From the NCBI GenBank assembly GCA_964035545.1, contig OZ037765.1, positions 11,108,698 through 11,172,697 of the forward strand: a stretch of 64,000 bases of DNA. Direction: 5' to 3'. The stretch comes from Bugula neritina (Eukaryota > Animalia > Bryozoa). Shown piece after piece: positions 42,671-54,451 of the stretch. Position 1 is the stretch's first letter; every line of letters starts with the position of its first letter. The position numbers were made by a program, and so were the translations under genes. The notes beneath the pieces were generated by a model, which was given only the letters and a program-made list of their open reading frames with translations, was not told the origin of the DNA and ran no database searches.

Positions 42671-43260
42671 CTACATGGTTTTATTTTTCTGAGATTTATA
42701 AACAAATATAGTAGAAGTAATGAAATTGGTTATTGTACTGATAAGTTTAGAATAGTCTTGCAACAATTCACTTGGCTGAAAATCCTTTTTAGAACTTCGT
42801 TCTATATCACATTCCATGTAGACTTTCAAGCTTTGCTCAGCATTACTGAGTTCACTTAGCAACCTTCCAAGTTCTTCATCATTTACAAATCCTTGATATA
42901 AAGTTTGCAATGAGCAAAGCCTGCCTCTCAATTTTCCCAATTCCACTATAGTATTGAAAGAGGTATGAAAACCTCTAGAGAAACCAGCTTGCAGTCTCGA
43001 ATCACATTCTTCTGTTGCACCTTCTCTCAGGCCAATGGTGTATCTAAAAGAGATAAGAAATCCTCATTTTCATGCAAAGCAAAAATTGAAAGACCTTTAA
43101 AACTATTGTATTCTCACTAAAGCAGAAAACAAGAAACTGAGCTGATCAAATCTTTAAAAAAATGAATTTACCTTTGTTGACTAATCTGTTTCCAAGATTG
43201 TTCTGTTATTTGAGCAAGATTAACATCATCTGAAACTTCATCATCCTCCAAATCACTCAT
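42671..43260 (-). CDS. YAE1: Yae1-domain protein (Fe-S assembly adaptor for ABCE1), 2 coding exons
   Basis: Exons ~43260-43172 and ~43043-42671 translate to MSDLEDDEVSDDVNLAQITEQSWKQISQQRYTIGLREGATEECDSRLQAGFSRGFHTSFNTIVELGKLRGRLCSL. From memory this matches the Yae1 pattern W....RR..GYRDG......LQ.GF..G.......G.LRG.L. Confidence 0.8.
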
Positions 43261-46200
43261 AAATCAACCAGTAACCTTAAATAATAAAATACAAATAGTT
43301 GTCGACTGCATCACATTTAGCACTTATATAACTTGTGTGCAGACTTTTAAATCCAAAGTATGATAAAGACTATCAATGTGATTAGATAATAGTTTTATGT
43401 AAAATTGAGCGCCTACCGCAAATTTAAATTTACATTTTAGAGAAAACAAAACCAGAAAGACTGCAATTCAGTACCTGACCATATTTGAGCATAAATATGC
43501 AAGAGCTTTGTCTAATATGTTGCAAAATTTACTGCTATACCCCTAATTAATGTCTAAAAAATTGTTGGTCTAGAAATAATATTAATAACAAAGAGTGAAG
43601 TCTGTAATCACGAACCCCAAAATTTTAAGCCTTTTATGAAATTTTCTGGAAAAGCATCAAGTACAAAAACATATTTTTAAACAATGCAACTTTTTTTTGC
43701 ATAACCACTTTGGTAGAGATTGCATTGCACTCAACAGGTTTACAAAATTATGCACCAAAGTTATATAAACACTATGTTACAAATTATAGCACAGCTCTGT
43801 TATTTTACACCAAAATCCAAGTTCAGAATCAGGAATCAGCAAAAAATGTAGGACGTGAAGAAGGGCTTACAATAGAAACAGAGAAGATCAGACCTTCATA
43901 AATTAAAATGAATTGTATTTATATAAGAATCATTTTTGCAATTGTTTTTTAAAATACCTGTAATCAACTATTTTTGGCAATTTTTTCATGAGCTAGACAA
44001 ATCAACTGTATCATTAAATCAACTATTTTTTGGCAAACTTTCTATGATGGATTCATGAAAAGTTAATTGTTAGATAAAAGAAATGAGCTTTAGTTTTATT
44101 GCAGTATCACTCCAAAAAAAACTTAGACTGTTCAAAGAAGTAAACTAATTAATATATCTATTTAAAGTTTTGAATAACAAACACCAGCAACTTATTTTAG
44201 CAGGAAATTACAATTGGCAGATTCAAATGGTTGTTTGAAACTGCCAAAAGCTTGTATTATTTGGATACAGGTTAGTGTTGTCAACTGCATCTGTGAAAAC
44301 ATTCACAAAAGTCATTGCTATTGTGTGATGTGGTAGATGTTTCTATTGCCTTTTGCCTTAAATTCTTTTTTCACATATAAAAAGTACTAAAACTCTTTTA
44401 GCATTTAACTAGGCATATCAACAACTTTGGGTAGTTGTCGTAAGATTACCTTGGTTTAATATGTATGACACTATGCGAGATAAATATTTTAGGCTGCGAA
44501 ATAAAATAATATTGTTCAACTTCTGTACAGTTTTTTACACTAGGCTAGGCGTACATCTTGGCCAGGGCTTATGGCCAGTCCACTAGCAATTCACATTAAT
44601 AATATTGATCCAGTTGTAAACCCAACTAGAATGACTTAGCTTAAGATCAGCTAGCAGGCTATGTTACCAATTATTTCTAGATATTAAGCTACCCAGCCTG
44701 TTGCATAATAGAAAACTTGGAATTTCTATAATCATACATGGCTATGCTAAAATTCCTCTATATATAACAAGCAAATTGTGAATACTTATAATACAAGTAG
44801 TTAATATACAGTAAGACAACATTGCTAGGTATTAAGGTTCACAAGGTTTCACAGTTGTAAAAGAACCAGGTAGGCAAAGTTTTTTAAAAGTTGTTAACAA
44901 TTTTCTTCAGATCTTATAGATCAAATAATAAAGATAAAACTCAGCCTGTGTGCCTTCTCTGGCCTAGTAGTGTTTTTGAGTTTTTGAATAAACGAGCAAA
45001 GTGGGCAATAGCCTCAGACTTTACTTATGTTCCCAGAAGCAGCTGGAAGTAATCAACAACTGAACATAAGTCACAAGGACCAAGGGTAAAACTCTTCAAC
45101 TTCTTTCTAATAAGAGAAAGTTTAACTGCTTTGATTACCTTGCGCACATGAGAAAATAGCTTTATAAAAAGAGAAGACAACCTTGAATTGGATTGTCACA
45201 TCTAAATTTTGCTTGACACTAGCTGATGCCTTAATAAAACCTTAGATCAACTTGTAACAACCGTGCAAGCTATTTTGTGGGATATCTTAATAAAATGGGC
45301 TTGAAAAATCAGCTTTTCGAAATTCACATCAAGCAAACTCTAAAGTCTTATCACAGACAACACCATTTAAATTATTAAATACTAAAAGTTCTAAAAACTT
45401 CTTAGATATATTACCAACACAGAAATAAAAATTTAATGCTTACACCAGGGTTCATATATAAGATAGTGGCTATTATGAGGCACTATCATTTCCAGTAAAG
45501 CTCAGAAAATAGTGTATATTTACAAAATACAAAAACTTATTATATCAGCCTATAGAAACAATCATTCTGAGAATGCTGGTGTTCAAGGTTTGATTAGCAT
45601 TATGAACTTTGTCTCAAACTACTCTGGTAAGATAAAAATGACTTGAAGCTTTTAATATATCAAAGGAACAACTAGCATCATAATTATGAATATGACCATG
45701 CTTATTATTTCATTGCATTCTAATTATTGCTATAAGAATTGTTGTTGATTCAATGATTGAAAATATATCCATTAACATTATGATTTTTATCCTCATTCTT
45801 ATTATGATTAGGTTAGCATTACACTAATAGTGTCACAGATTATGTCATGATTATGTCATTGAATACTGTCATGGCGTCCGGACGTGTTTTCTGAGTGCTC
45901 TCCCGAAAGTTTCCAAATTTCCTTGCATCAAAACCTGCTATTACCAGTATATGCCTTCAAGGAGCTGTTGCCTACAGAGATTTGATTTGGACACCGGTAG
46001 GGTTGGGTGTGCTATCGTGAGAAACAGGCACCAAGAGTTGGCTTGCTAGCTCTGTCTGCGCCCAGTTGAACCTTAGCAGTGGTTGAATCTGGCTGGACTA
46101 TTGCGGAGGAAGTGTGGTGAACTCTTTCCTTGTCTTCAATACTAAACTTATACTAATACTATACTTAACAATTAACTATACTATACTACTAACATTATTA

Positions 46201-46363
46201 TTATAACTTTAACCAACTTATTATTGTTCCTTTTCCTTTCCATACCCTCCTTTCTCTTTATAAGTTTATCACTACTAGTTATACTATAGTACTCATACTG
46301 TTAAGTGTATAATATTATTTATGTTAATACTTATATTTCTCATTCTATCTCTTTTATTTTAAT

Positions 46364-47215
46364 ATGCCCCCCAAAACGCAAACAAGAAGAGGTCGTGTGG
46401 ACAGTGTTGCCTCTGGTGATACTGCTAGTAGCAGGAAAAATACTGAAAAATCAAAATGTGAAAAGTGCAATAAAACCCTGAGTGACTTAACGATCGAGTG
46501 TGAGTCCTGCTTTAACTGGTTTCATATTAGATGCGTGGACTTAGATGCGAGTGACATGAACACAATTGAAAAGAGGGGAATCCACTGGTTTTGTGATAAG
46601 TGTGATCATGTTCTCAAATCGATTGACTCTAGGTTTAAAGCATTAGAAACAAAGCTTGAAACTTTTATTGACACACAAGAGTCCAAGAGTGATGAAACAT
46701 ATGCTAGTGTAGTTTCCAAAATTGAAAAATCTGAAGGTGTTTTAAGCAGGCATCTAAATGACCAAGAGAAATGTATAAAAGACCAAGAAAAACAAATAAA
46801 AAATCTTAGAAATGATTTATCAACTGAAAACAGAGCGAGGAATGTCATCATATTTGGCATTAATGAGGGTGAATCATCCCCTGCTGACACAGTCGAACTG
46901 GTAAATTCTATGATTTCTGAGTGTAGTTTTATGTTTAATGCCACAAAATCTAATACTATTAGACTAGGGGCTAAAAAAGTAGATAAACCTCGACCTGTTA
47001 GACTCTCACTTGACTCAGAGTTTGACAAGTGGGAACTTTTAAAACGTATTAACAATCTCAAAGTACCAGGTACTTTTGCACGCCTAGACTTAACTAAAGA
47101 AGAGCAAAACAAGGATTTTCAGTTGAGGCAACAGTTAAGAGACGTAAGAAAACAGGATCCTCTAAGCACATACAAAATACAGAAAAACCAAATAGTCAAA
47201 ATATCTACAGATTAA
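46364..47215 (+). CDS. LINE ORF1 protein with PHD finger, coiled coil and RRM-like region
   Basis: CEKC...IECESCFNWFHIRC...WFCDKC gives a C4HC3 PHD finger. A heptad-rich middle is followed by RARNVIIFGINE and RLG....KPRPV motifs typical of LINE ORF1. Confidence 0.88.
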   Translation: MPPKTQTRRGRVDSVASGDTASSRKNTEKSKCEKCNKTLSDLTIECESCFNWFHIRCVDLDASDMNTIEKRGIHWFCDKCDHVLKSIDSRFKALETKLETFIDTQESKSDETYASVVSKIEKSEGVLSRHLNDQEKCIKDQEKQIKNLRNDLSTENRARNVIIFGINEGESSPADTVELVNSMISECSFMFNATKSNTIRLGAKKVDKPRPVRLSLDSEFDKWELLKRINNLKVPGTFARLDLTKEEQNKDFQLRQQLRDVRKQDPLSTYKIQKNQIVKISTD

Positions 47216-49941
47216 TTAGCATCAATGCAAGATCAATCAAAGGTAAAATTGCTGAATTACAAGCTATAGCCTCTGACTACGATGTGATGTCTATCACTGA
47301 AACTCATTTAAACCCATCCTATGCTAATGCTCAAATCTTCCATCCAAATAACAAACTGGTTTACAGAAAAGATAGGAATGAATATGGAGGGGGTGTACTA
47401 ATAGCTGTTAATTCGCAAATCTCACATTCTCCAATAGATATACCATCTGAAGCAGAAATAACAGCAATCAAGTTTAATTTTGAATCTAACGTAGCTCCTT
47501 ATATTTTGGTAACATACTACAGACCGCCTTCAACATACAACATTAAACCACTTGTAGATTACATGTCAAAAATCAAAAAACTTTTTCCAGGGTCAACAAT
47601 AGTTCTAACTGGCGATTTTAATTTACCTGGCATCAATTGGAATGACTTCACTTTCTCTAACAGTTGGAGATCTTTTTACAATGACTTCATAGATTTGTTA
47701 TCGGAATTAGACATGGATCAAATTGTTAATGAGCCAACTCATATAGCTGGCAATATACTTGACCTTCTTTGCACTAATTCTAAACATTTAATTTGCGACT
47801 TAAATGTAATCCAACCAGGCGTCAGTGATCACTTTATGATTGAATGCTCAATAAAAGCACCCCAAAAGTTTAAAGAAAGTGTAGAAGATAGTTATACTTT
47901 TGTGTATCACAAAATAAATAGAAACGGTTTTGATTCCTCAATGGCAGCCTTGCTCTCAGAAGTGAACTCTCTAATAAACGATATACAGCCCATTGATACT
48001 GTTTGGTCTACATTTAGAAATGGATTACATTCGGCAATAACTGACCATGTACCTAAAAAGCAATTTAAACCTAGAAAACATTTTCAACCTGTTTGGTTTA
48101 ATAAAGATGCTCAAAGAGCTTACAACAAGCAAAGAAAACTTTACTCACGATACAAGCTCACAGGTGATTCTGTTTTATTTGACAAATACAAAAAACTAAG
48201 GCGTGAAAACAAAAAACTATTTAAAATACTCAAAAAAGACTTCATGTGTGAAAAGTTATACTACCCATTGGCAAATGGAGACTCGAAACCTTTTTACAGA
48301 TATGTTAAAGAAATTAAAGGCAACAATAACAGTATTCAAAGCATTCAAATTAGTGAAAAGACCAGCTCTAATGATTTATCTGACATTGCAAATACTTTGA
48401 ACTTGTATTTTCACAGTGTTTTTACACCAGCATGTGTGCTCCCAGAAGCTCCGGCTCCAACTGATGCAGATAACATATTAGTAACTTCTGAAGGTGTGTT
48501 AAAATTGATTAAGTCTCTCAAAAATGGTAAAGCTTCAGGGCCAGACTCTATTAGCAAACAAAAGCTACTGCTCTCCCCTGAAATTATTTCTTCCCTATTA
48601 GCTTCCATCTACAACTATACATTAACAACAGGTACACTTCCATCAGAGTGGAAGCTGGCTCATGTCACACCAATATTCAAACAAGGAAATCGTGAGTTGC
48701 CCTCTAACTATAGACCAATATCCTTAACATCAATAGTCTGTAAAATGATGGAGCACATTATACTTCACCTTATGCAAAACAAATTGAATGAGATCCTGTC
48801 CATAAACCAGCATGGTTTTAGAAGTCACCTGTCTTGCACAACTCAATTGGCCTGCCTAACACATGACATATTGAGTAATATGGACAATGGAATGGCTACA
48901 CATGCGGCAGTGCTAGATTTCTCTAAGGCCTTTGATTTAGTTCCCCATCATCTGTTGATTCAGAAACTTATTGAGTACAAAGTAAATCCTCTTTTAGTAA
49001 AATGGATATCCTCGTTTCTAACCAGTCGTTTTCAGAGAGTGGTGATTAAAGGCCACAAATCTGATGCTGTAGCTGTTACTTCAGGTGTCCCTCAAGGTAG
49101 CGTTTTAGGGCCTGCACTTTTCACACTTTTCATTAATGACATCACTAAATGTGTAAAATACTGCACTGTAAGGCTCTTCGCGGATGACACTATACTATAT
49201 ACGCATATATCTAAAGACGAAGACAAGGAAAATTTGCAAAATGACCTTAACGCTCTACACAACTGGAGTATTAAAAACTCCATGAAATTCAATGCAACAA
49301 AAAGCAACATCATTGTGTTTGATAAAAGCCCTAAACCTATAACGCACACTTATTATTTGTGCAACGAACAATTAGTACAAAGTAGCTGTGTAAAATACCT
49401 AGGAATCTATTTGGTACATGATCTAAAGTGGGATTATCACATAAACTCAGTAGTCAATAAAGCAATGCGTATTTTAGGATTAATCAAAAATGTACTCTAT
49501 GATGCTCCAGTTAAAGTTAAGCTCATAGCATACACTACCCTGTGTAGACCGCTTCTAGAGTATGCCTGCGAAATTTGGGATCCTGCACATCTCATGCTAA
49601 GCAACAATCTAGAGAAAGTTCAAAACAAGGCAGTACGTTTTGTAAAAAACTTAAAAGGCTGGGATGTCTCAGTGACCGAATCCAAGGCGGAGTTAAACTT
49701 AAAGGCTTTAAATAAATCTAGACAAGAACACAGGTTCACGCTATTCCTCAAAGTGTTGCAGCATGAAGCATTCTTCCCTAACCTAATTAACACTCTTAAC
49801 TCCATGAAATCTCTCCGTAATACCAATATTGGGGACAGTAACTCTTTTAATTCAATATCCTGTAATACTAATAATTTCCTGCATAGCTTCCTCATTAGAA
49901 CAGCCCGTGAACTACGCACGGGAGAAACACTAGCAGACTAA
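47098..49941 (+). CDS. LINE ORF2: APE endonuclease plus reverse transcriptase
   Basis: The frame is open from 47098 and the first ATG is at 47287. APE motifs are INARS, ITETH, YRKDR..YGGGV, YRPP, GDFN and SDH. RT motifs are NYRPISLTS, QHGFR, LDFSKAFD, SGVPQGSVLGP, FADD and KYLG. Confidence 0.93.
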   Translation, partial: RRAKQGFSVEATVKRRKKTGSSKHIQNTEKPNSQNIYRLISINARSIKGKIAELQAIASDYDVMSITETHLNPSYANAQIFHPNNKLVYRKDRNEYGGGVLIAVNSQISHSPIDIPSEAEITAIKFNFESNVAPYILVTYYRPPSTYNIKPLVDYMSKIKKLFPGSTIVLTGDFNLPGINWNDFTFSNSWRSFYNDFIDLLSELDMDQIVNEPTHIAGNILDLLCTNSKHLICDLNVIQPGVSDHFMIECSIKAPQKFKESVEDSYTFVYHKINRNGFDSSMAALLSEVNSLINDIQPIDTVWSTFRNGLHSAITDHVPKKQFKPRKHFQPVWFNKDAQRAYNKQRKLYSRYKLTGDSVLFDKYKKLRRENKKLFKILKKDFMCEKLYYPLANGDSKPFYRYVKEIKGNNNSIQSIQISEKTSSNDLSDIANTLNLYFHSVFTPACVLPEAPAPTDADNILVTSEGVLKLIKSLKNGKASGPDSISKQKLLLSPEIISSLLASIYNYTLTTGTLPSEWKLAHVTPIFKQGNRELPSNYRPISLTSIVCKMMEHIILHLMQNKLNEILSINQHGFRSHLSCTTQLACLTHDILSNMDNGMATHAAVLDFSKAFDLVPHHLLIQKLIEYKVNPLLVKWISSFLTSRFQRVVIKGHKSDAVAVTSGVPQGSVLGPALFTLFINDITKCVKYCTVRLFADDTILYTHISKDEDKENLQNDLNALHNWSIKNSMKFNATKSNIIVFDKSPKPITHTYYLCNEQLVQSSCVKYLGIYLVHDLKWDYHINSVVNKAMRILGLIKNVLYDAPVKVKLIAYTTLCRPLLEYACEIWDPAHLMLSNNLEKVQNKAVRFVKNLKGWDVSVTESKAELNLKALNKSRQEHRFTLFLKVLQHEAFFPNLINTLNSMKSLRNTNIGDSNSFNSISCNTNNFLHSFLIRTARELRTGETLAD

Positions 49942-50039
49942 TAAAAAAAGACCTGAACATCCGATAGTTCCACCTTTCCCCTATTTGGGGTCTTGGAACT
50001 AAATCAAGACAAGACAAGACAAGACAAGACACTTAGTTA

Positions 50040-52850
50040 TCTTTTTTGAAATTGCTGATGAGTTATATAGCAGAAAAATTTAAAAATTAATGACTGAAAT
50101 TATATTACCAACAATGGTAATGATTGTTAAATGATTATATTTATGATTATTAAATTCAATAATGCACAAGATGATGATTACAGTCACTTATAAGTTTCAG
50201 TTTACAGTAAGCAAGTATAATAATAATAATTATTATACTTATACTTATAGTAATAGCATTGATAGTATAACTATTGTTATATTTGTGATCTTTAGTCCTA
50301 AGAATTAATAATACTAATATTAATTATTATAATCATGAAAATTATCATGATACATGATTTTATCATAATGATCATGATCATCATCTATTATGATGATCAT
50401 CATACTTGATGTTATTTTCAACCTGATGGTGATTATATTTATAATAATTATTGATTATTATATAATGATGATCATTTTAATTTTATTAACTTCAAGTTCA
50501 AGTGATTATCATTATGATTACGATTATCACTATTACTATTAGTATTACTATTACTATTAGTTAGCATAACTTACCAACTATAATTTTTAAGCTAAACTTG
50601 AAGACTAAGAGTAAGAGATTAAGTTTTAGTTTAACTGTTAGTCTTACTGTTGGCGTTATACTTAGTCTTATAGTTATACTAATAGTAATTACTAATACTA
50701 ATAGTAATAATACTTATAGTTATAACTTATAAGTAAAAATATATTATTTATTACTAATATTAAAATTTAAATATTATAATTATTGTGATCATCGTTACTC
50801 ATTATTTTGTTTATATTTATTAATACTTAATTATATTGATTATTCAATATCAATATCACTATATGGATATTCATTATTCATGATCATCATATTCATTATG
50901 ATTATTATTATCATTATGATTCAATTTGAATCTCATGATTATGATGTGATTATGGTCACATTCTGATAGTGATTCAGTTTCACTGTTCAAAGCTGAAAGT
51001 GAATAGAATACTATTTCTCACCCAGCTCCAGGTTCAAGAGCATTTCCTTCATTTAAAAACATTGACTGAATTTCAGTGATTACCAATACATTATTACATA
51101 ACTTAAGTTGTGATCATTTATTATTGGAAAGAATGAATTTGGCAGAAAATGACAATGCTGGTGTCATGCTGCGGTCATCTGCCAACTTTTTTGTATAATC
51201 AAAGTTATGATCTCTTTGCAAAAAGAGGCGATAACTCGCTATTGCAGCTAGCATTTGCAGGCTTATAGAACAACATACAAAGATGACGACTCATTTTATC
51301 ATCAGAATCTGGATGAGATAGTTATTGAGCGATAAGAAATTTTCAATCCAAGCAATCGTAAATGATATCTCGCATAAAATGATGTAAGTTTACCATTTTT
51401 AGCACCAACATATGCCTTACCAATTATTTGCTTACCTTTCTGTAACATTTACCTAGTGATAGATTATAATTAATAATAATGATATAATATCAATAATATA
51501 CTAAACTAGAAATAAATTATCATTTTGATAAGTCGTAAGAATAAAACATTGTCAATCACAATATAAATATTAATATGGCTTGGATAGAGACTCATTTACT
51601 CCCAAGTCCTATTAATATTATTCAATGTAATTGAAAATAGTCAAGATCAATAGCCATAGGCATAGGGCTAGGCATAATATTAATTATAATAATGTTTTAT
51701 TAATATTAATAAATAAATAATTAATATTTTAATTTATATTGATCAATATCACATTGATATACTGATACTCATATAGAAATATTGATATTTTAATTTATAA
51801 TCATGAAATAAAAGTTGAATAATTATTTTAAAAAGTTGGATTTCCGTATCATTGTGAGTTAAAGTTGTAACTAAGACTTCAACTTCAAGTTTAAGTTAAA
51901 CTTTTTTATTCAATAATTAATCACTATTAGTATTACTATTAGTATTTATGATTTAACTTTTAGTTTTAGTCTAAGTATTTACTAATTTTAAATTAAAATT
52001 ACTAAAGTAAAAATATTAATCATTGGAAATTAAATTATAAGTATAACTCTTAGTAGTGAGTATAAGTTATAAGGAAATTTAACTTGTTAAATAATTTAGT
52101 TTTATTATTTAGATTTTTAAAATTAGACATTGAATTTATCTCAATAATAGTTAATACTAATAGCATATACTATTTATGTTTATTTTTATTTTATTATAAG
52201 TAATAAATTTTATATTAGTATATACTTATAGTTAGACTATATTTATAGTAATAAATTAAATTTATAATCAATATGACTATAATATGATGATTATTATTAT
52301 AATTGATGTTATCATTATGATTATCATCATCATTATGTCTATGAGTGTGAGTGAATTAGAGCATAATTATAATATTTATTGGTCTCAACAATATAAATAC
52401 TTATGATAATAATTAATAACTAATAAGTCGAGAAGTTACACTTGCTGCGTACCTATCCAAGTTATATTAATATTCATATTGTAATCGAGTAAATTAAAAA
52501 TTTTAATTTATTACTATTACAGTATTAGACTTGATATTTTTATAGTAGTATAACTATAAGTTCAGTATAAGTATTTAGTTTTCAGATCTCATCCCAAATC
52601 TTATAGTTAAACTTAATGTTATAGTTATACTAAAACAATTAAATTTAATATGATAATCATGATAATGATGATAATAATTATTCAATTATTGATTAAAATT
52701 ATTTATCATTGTGAAATTGCTTTAAGACTTAAGAGTTGGGATTGAGTTACCATTACTTATACTTAATATTTATGGTTATAGTTAAACTGGACGGAAATCA
52801 CTAAATGTTTTAATAATAATTGTTACTTATTAGTAATCTAAACTCGATCT
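50040..52850. other. Phased (ANTNNN)n tracts flanking the putative YAE1/CK1 divergent promoter
   Basis: Examples are ATT ATC ATT ATG ATT ACG ATT ATC ACT ATT ACT ATT AGT ATT and ACT TCA ACT TCA AGT TTA AGT TAA ACT TTT. A non-periodic core lies at ~51000-51450, and a separated piece lies at ~45680-45870 on the other side of the LINE. Confidence 0.7.
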
Positions 52851-52929
52851 GCATATAATAGGCTTGCTCATTCATTTTTACACATTATATTTGCAATACA
52901 AGGAATTTTAGGAAAATTCAATGGGTGCA

Positions 52930-53388
52930 GGGCATTTTGTACACAAGTCGTTTCGTACCCACTTTTTCAGGTCGTTTCATACACATCAATATAAAATAAC
53001 TAAAATACATATTTTTTGATATTTATTATTTGATATATGAGTGATAAAATAGTAAAGTACTGCTCACAAGTAACTCGCACATTTCATTTCTTGGCATGCT
53101 TATTTATTGTTGTGATATGTTGATGTTAAGGGGGGACTGCTCTTTTGTTTAGATATTGTTATTAGTAAATGGCAGCACATAGATTAATATAGAATATTGA
53201 TCAATAGGTGTCATGGGAGGTGGGAAAGATACATACTGGGATGCAATAAATAAGTAAGCTACTATCATTCAAGTGGTTATCCAGTGAATTCATTTATTAT
53301 TCATTTTTCTACGTTATGGACAGCAGCTTGTGTATAAAACAACCAATTTATATACGAAACGACTTGTGTACGCAACGACAGTAACTCG
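52930..53388. mobile_element. Non-autonomous DNA element (MITE-like) with GTCGTTTCGTAC subterminal repeats
   Basis: Left GTACACAAGTCGTTTCGTA (~52939-52957) is the reverse complement of right TACGAAACGACTTGTGTAC (~53353-53371), with further degenerate copies on both sides. Confidence 0.7.
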
Positions 53389-54451
53389 CTACATAACCAC
53401 CAAGTGATCAGCATTAACTTGACTATCTGTAGTAACGAGTAACTCAACCATTATAATGTTTATCAATATGGTGATAGTAGTGATTGTTGTTGTTTATATT
53501 ATAATTGGATTGATTACTTTTATTTCTTCATTATTAATTAAGATTGCAATTAGTTCTAAGTGTACACTCAGCCTTGAAAAATACTATCACAATGACATTC
53601 ACATAATCATTATATTATAATGATGTCTGATTATGATCAACTGTCACTTCTAGCTCATTGCATTTGCTAGAATATGAATTTAATTATAAATATAAACTGT
53701 CCATGTTTATTACAATTTTGACTCAATTGATTGTCATTCTGTTTGCTTAGGCCAGAGTCCCATACCTACGGTATTTGAGTTTTTATTCACAAATTATTTT
53801 ACTAATCATTGAAATCGGAAATGTTTTTTAGCAGAAAGATGCCCATGATTGAGATATTTTTTCTTAAAATAAAATTGCTAAAAGATTAAAGTGAACATAT
53901 TTAAATAATGTATTGGTTAATTTGTGTTAATTTAGCAATAAAGAATAATTTTATTAATAGTTACTTCTAGTCCTTCGGCTTCTAGTTACTAAATATATGA
54001 TATCTTCTAGTTATTGCCTATTGCTTCTATCTGAATTATTTGAAATAGATCAGAAAATCTTTTTCTGATCCATTGATTGTGGTTGCAGTTTTCGTTATTT
54101 AAAAAATGTTATGGTTATTACATAATCATAGTAAGAGGATGATTCAATACTGTGTTCATGTGTAGGAATTATATTGTGCTCATAATATGTCATATTTTTA
54201 TACTTTTTATACGCACAATGTTATTATATTTTTACATTGACTACGTATCATTAGGGTGTAATTATTTTGAGCTATTACTCAGTACATTTATAGTTGGAAA
54301 GATGTTTAGTTTAGGAAAGATTTGTGATGGCTGCTAAAAGATACTTTAGTTTATCATATTTTGTTCATTCATGAGAGCCTTGTGTTGCTTTTAGTATCAT
54401 CATTGATTTCTACTGAATTTGTGAAACATCCTACCTCTCTGAGTTCCTGGC

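Larger units (their letters stand above)
45871..50030 (+). mobile_element. Full-length, apparently intact APE-type non-LTR retrotransposon (CR1-group or RTE-X-like; clade not certain)
   Basis: It has a GC-richer 5' end starting ATGGCGTCCGGACGTGTTTTCTGAGTGCTCTCC, ORF1 46364-47215, ORF2 to 49941, a short 3' UTR and a (CAAGA)5 tail at ~50005-50030. Neither ORF has stops or frameshifts. No clear target-site duplication was seen. Confidence 0.93.

Noticed and set aside
46606-49919. Antisense ORFs (168, 65, 85 and 99 aa) within the LINE
   Set aside because: They are opposite-strand shadows of long ORFs, with no independent motifs.
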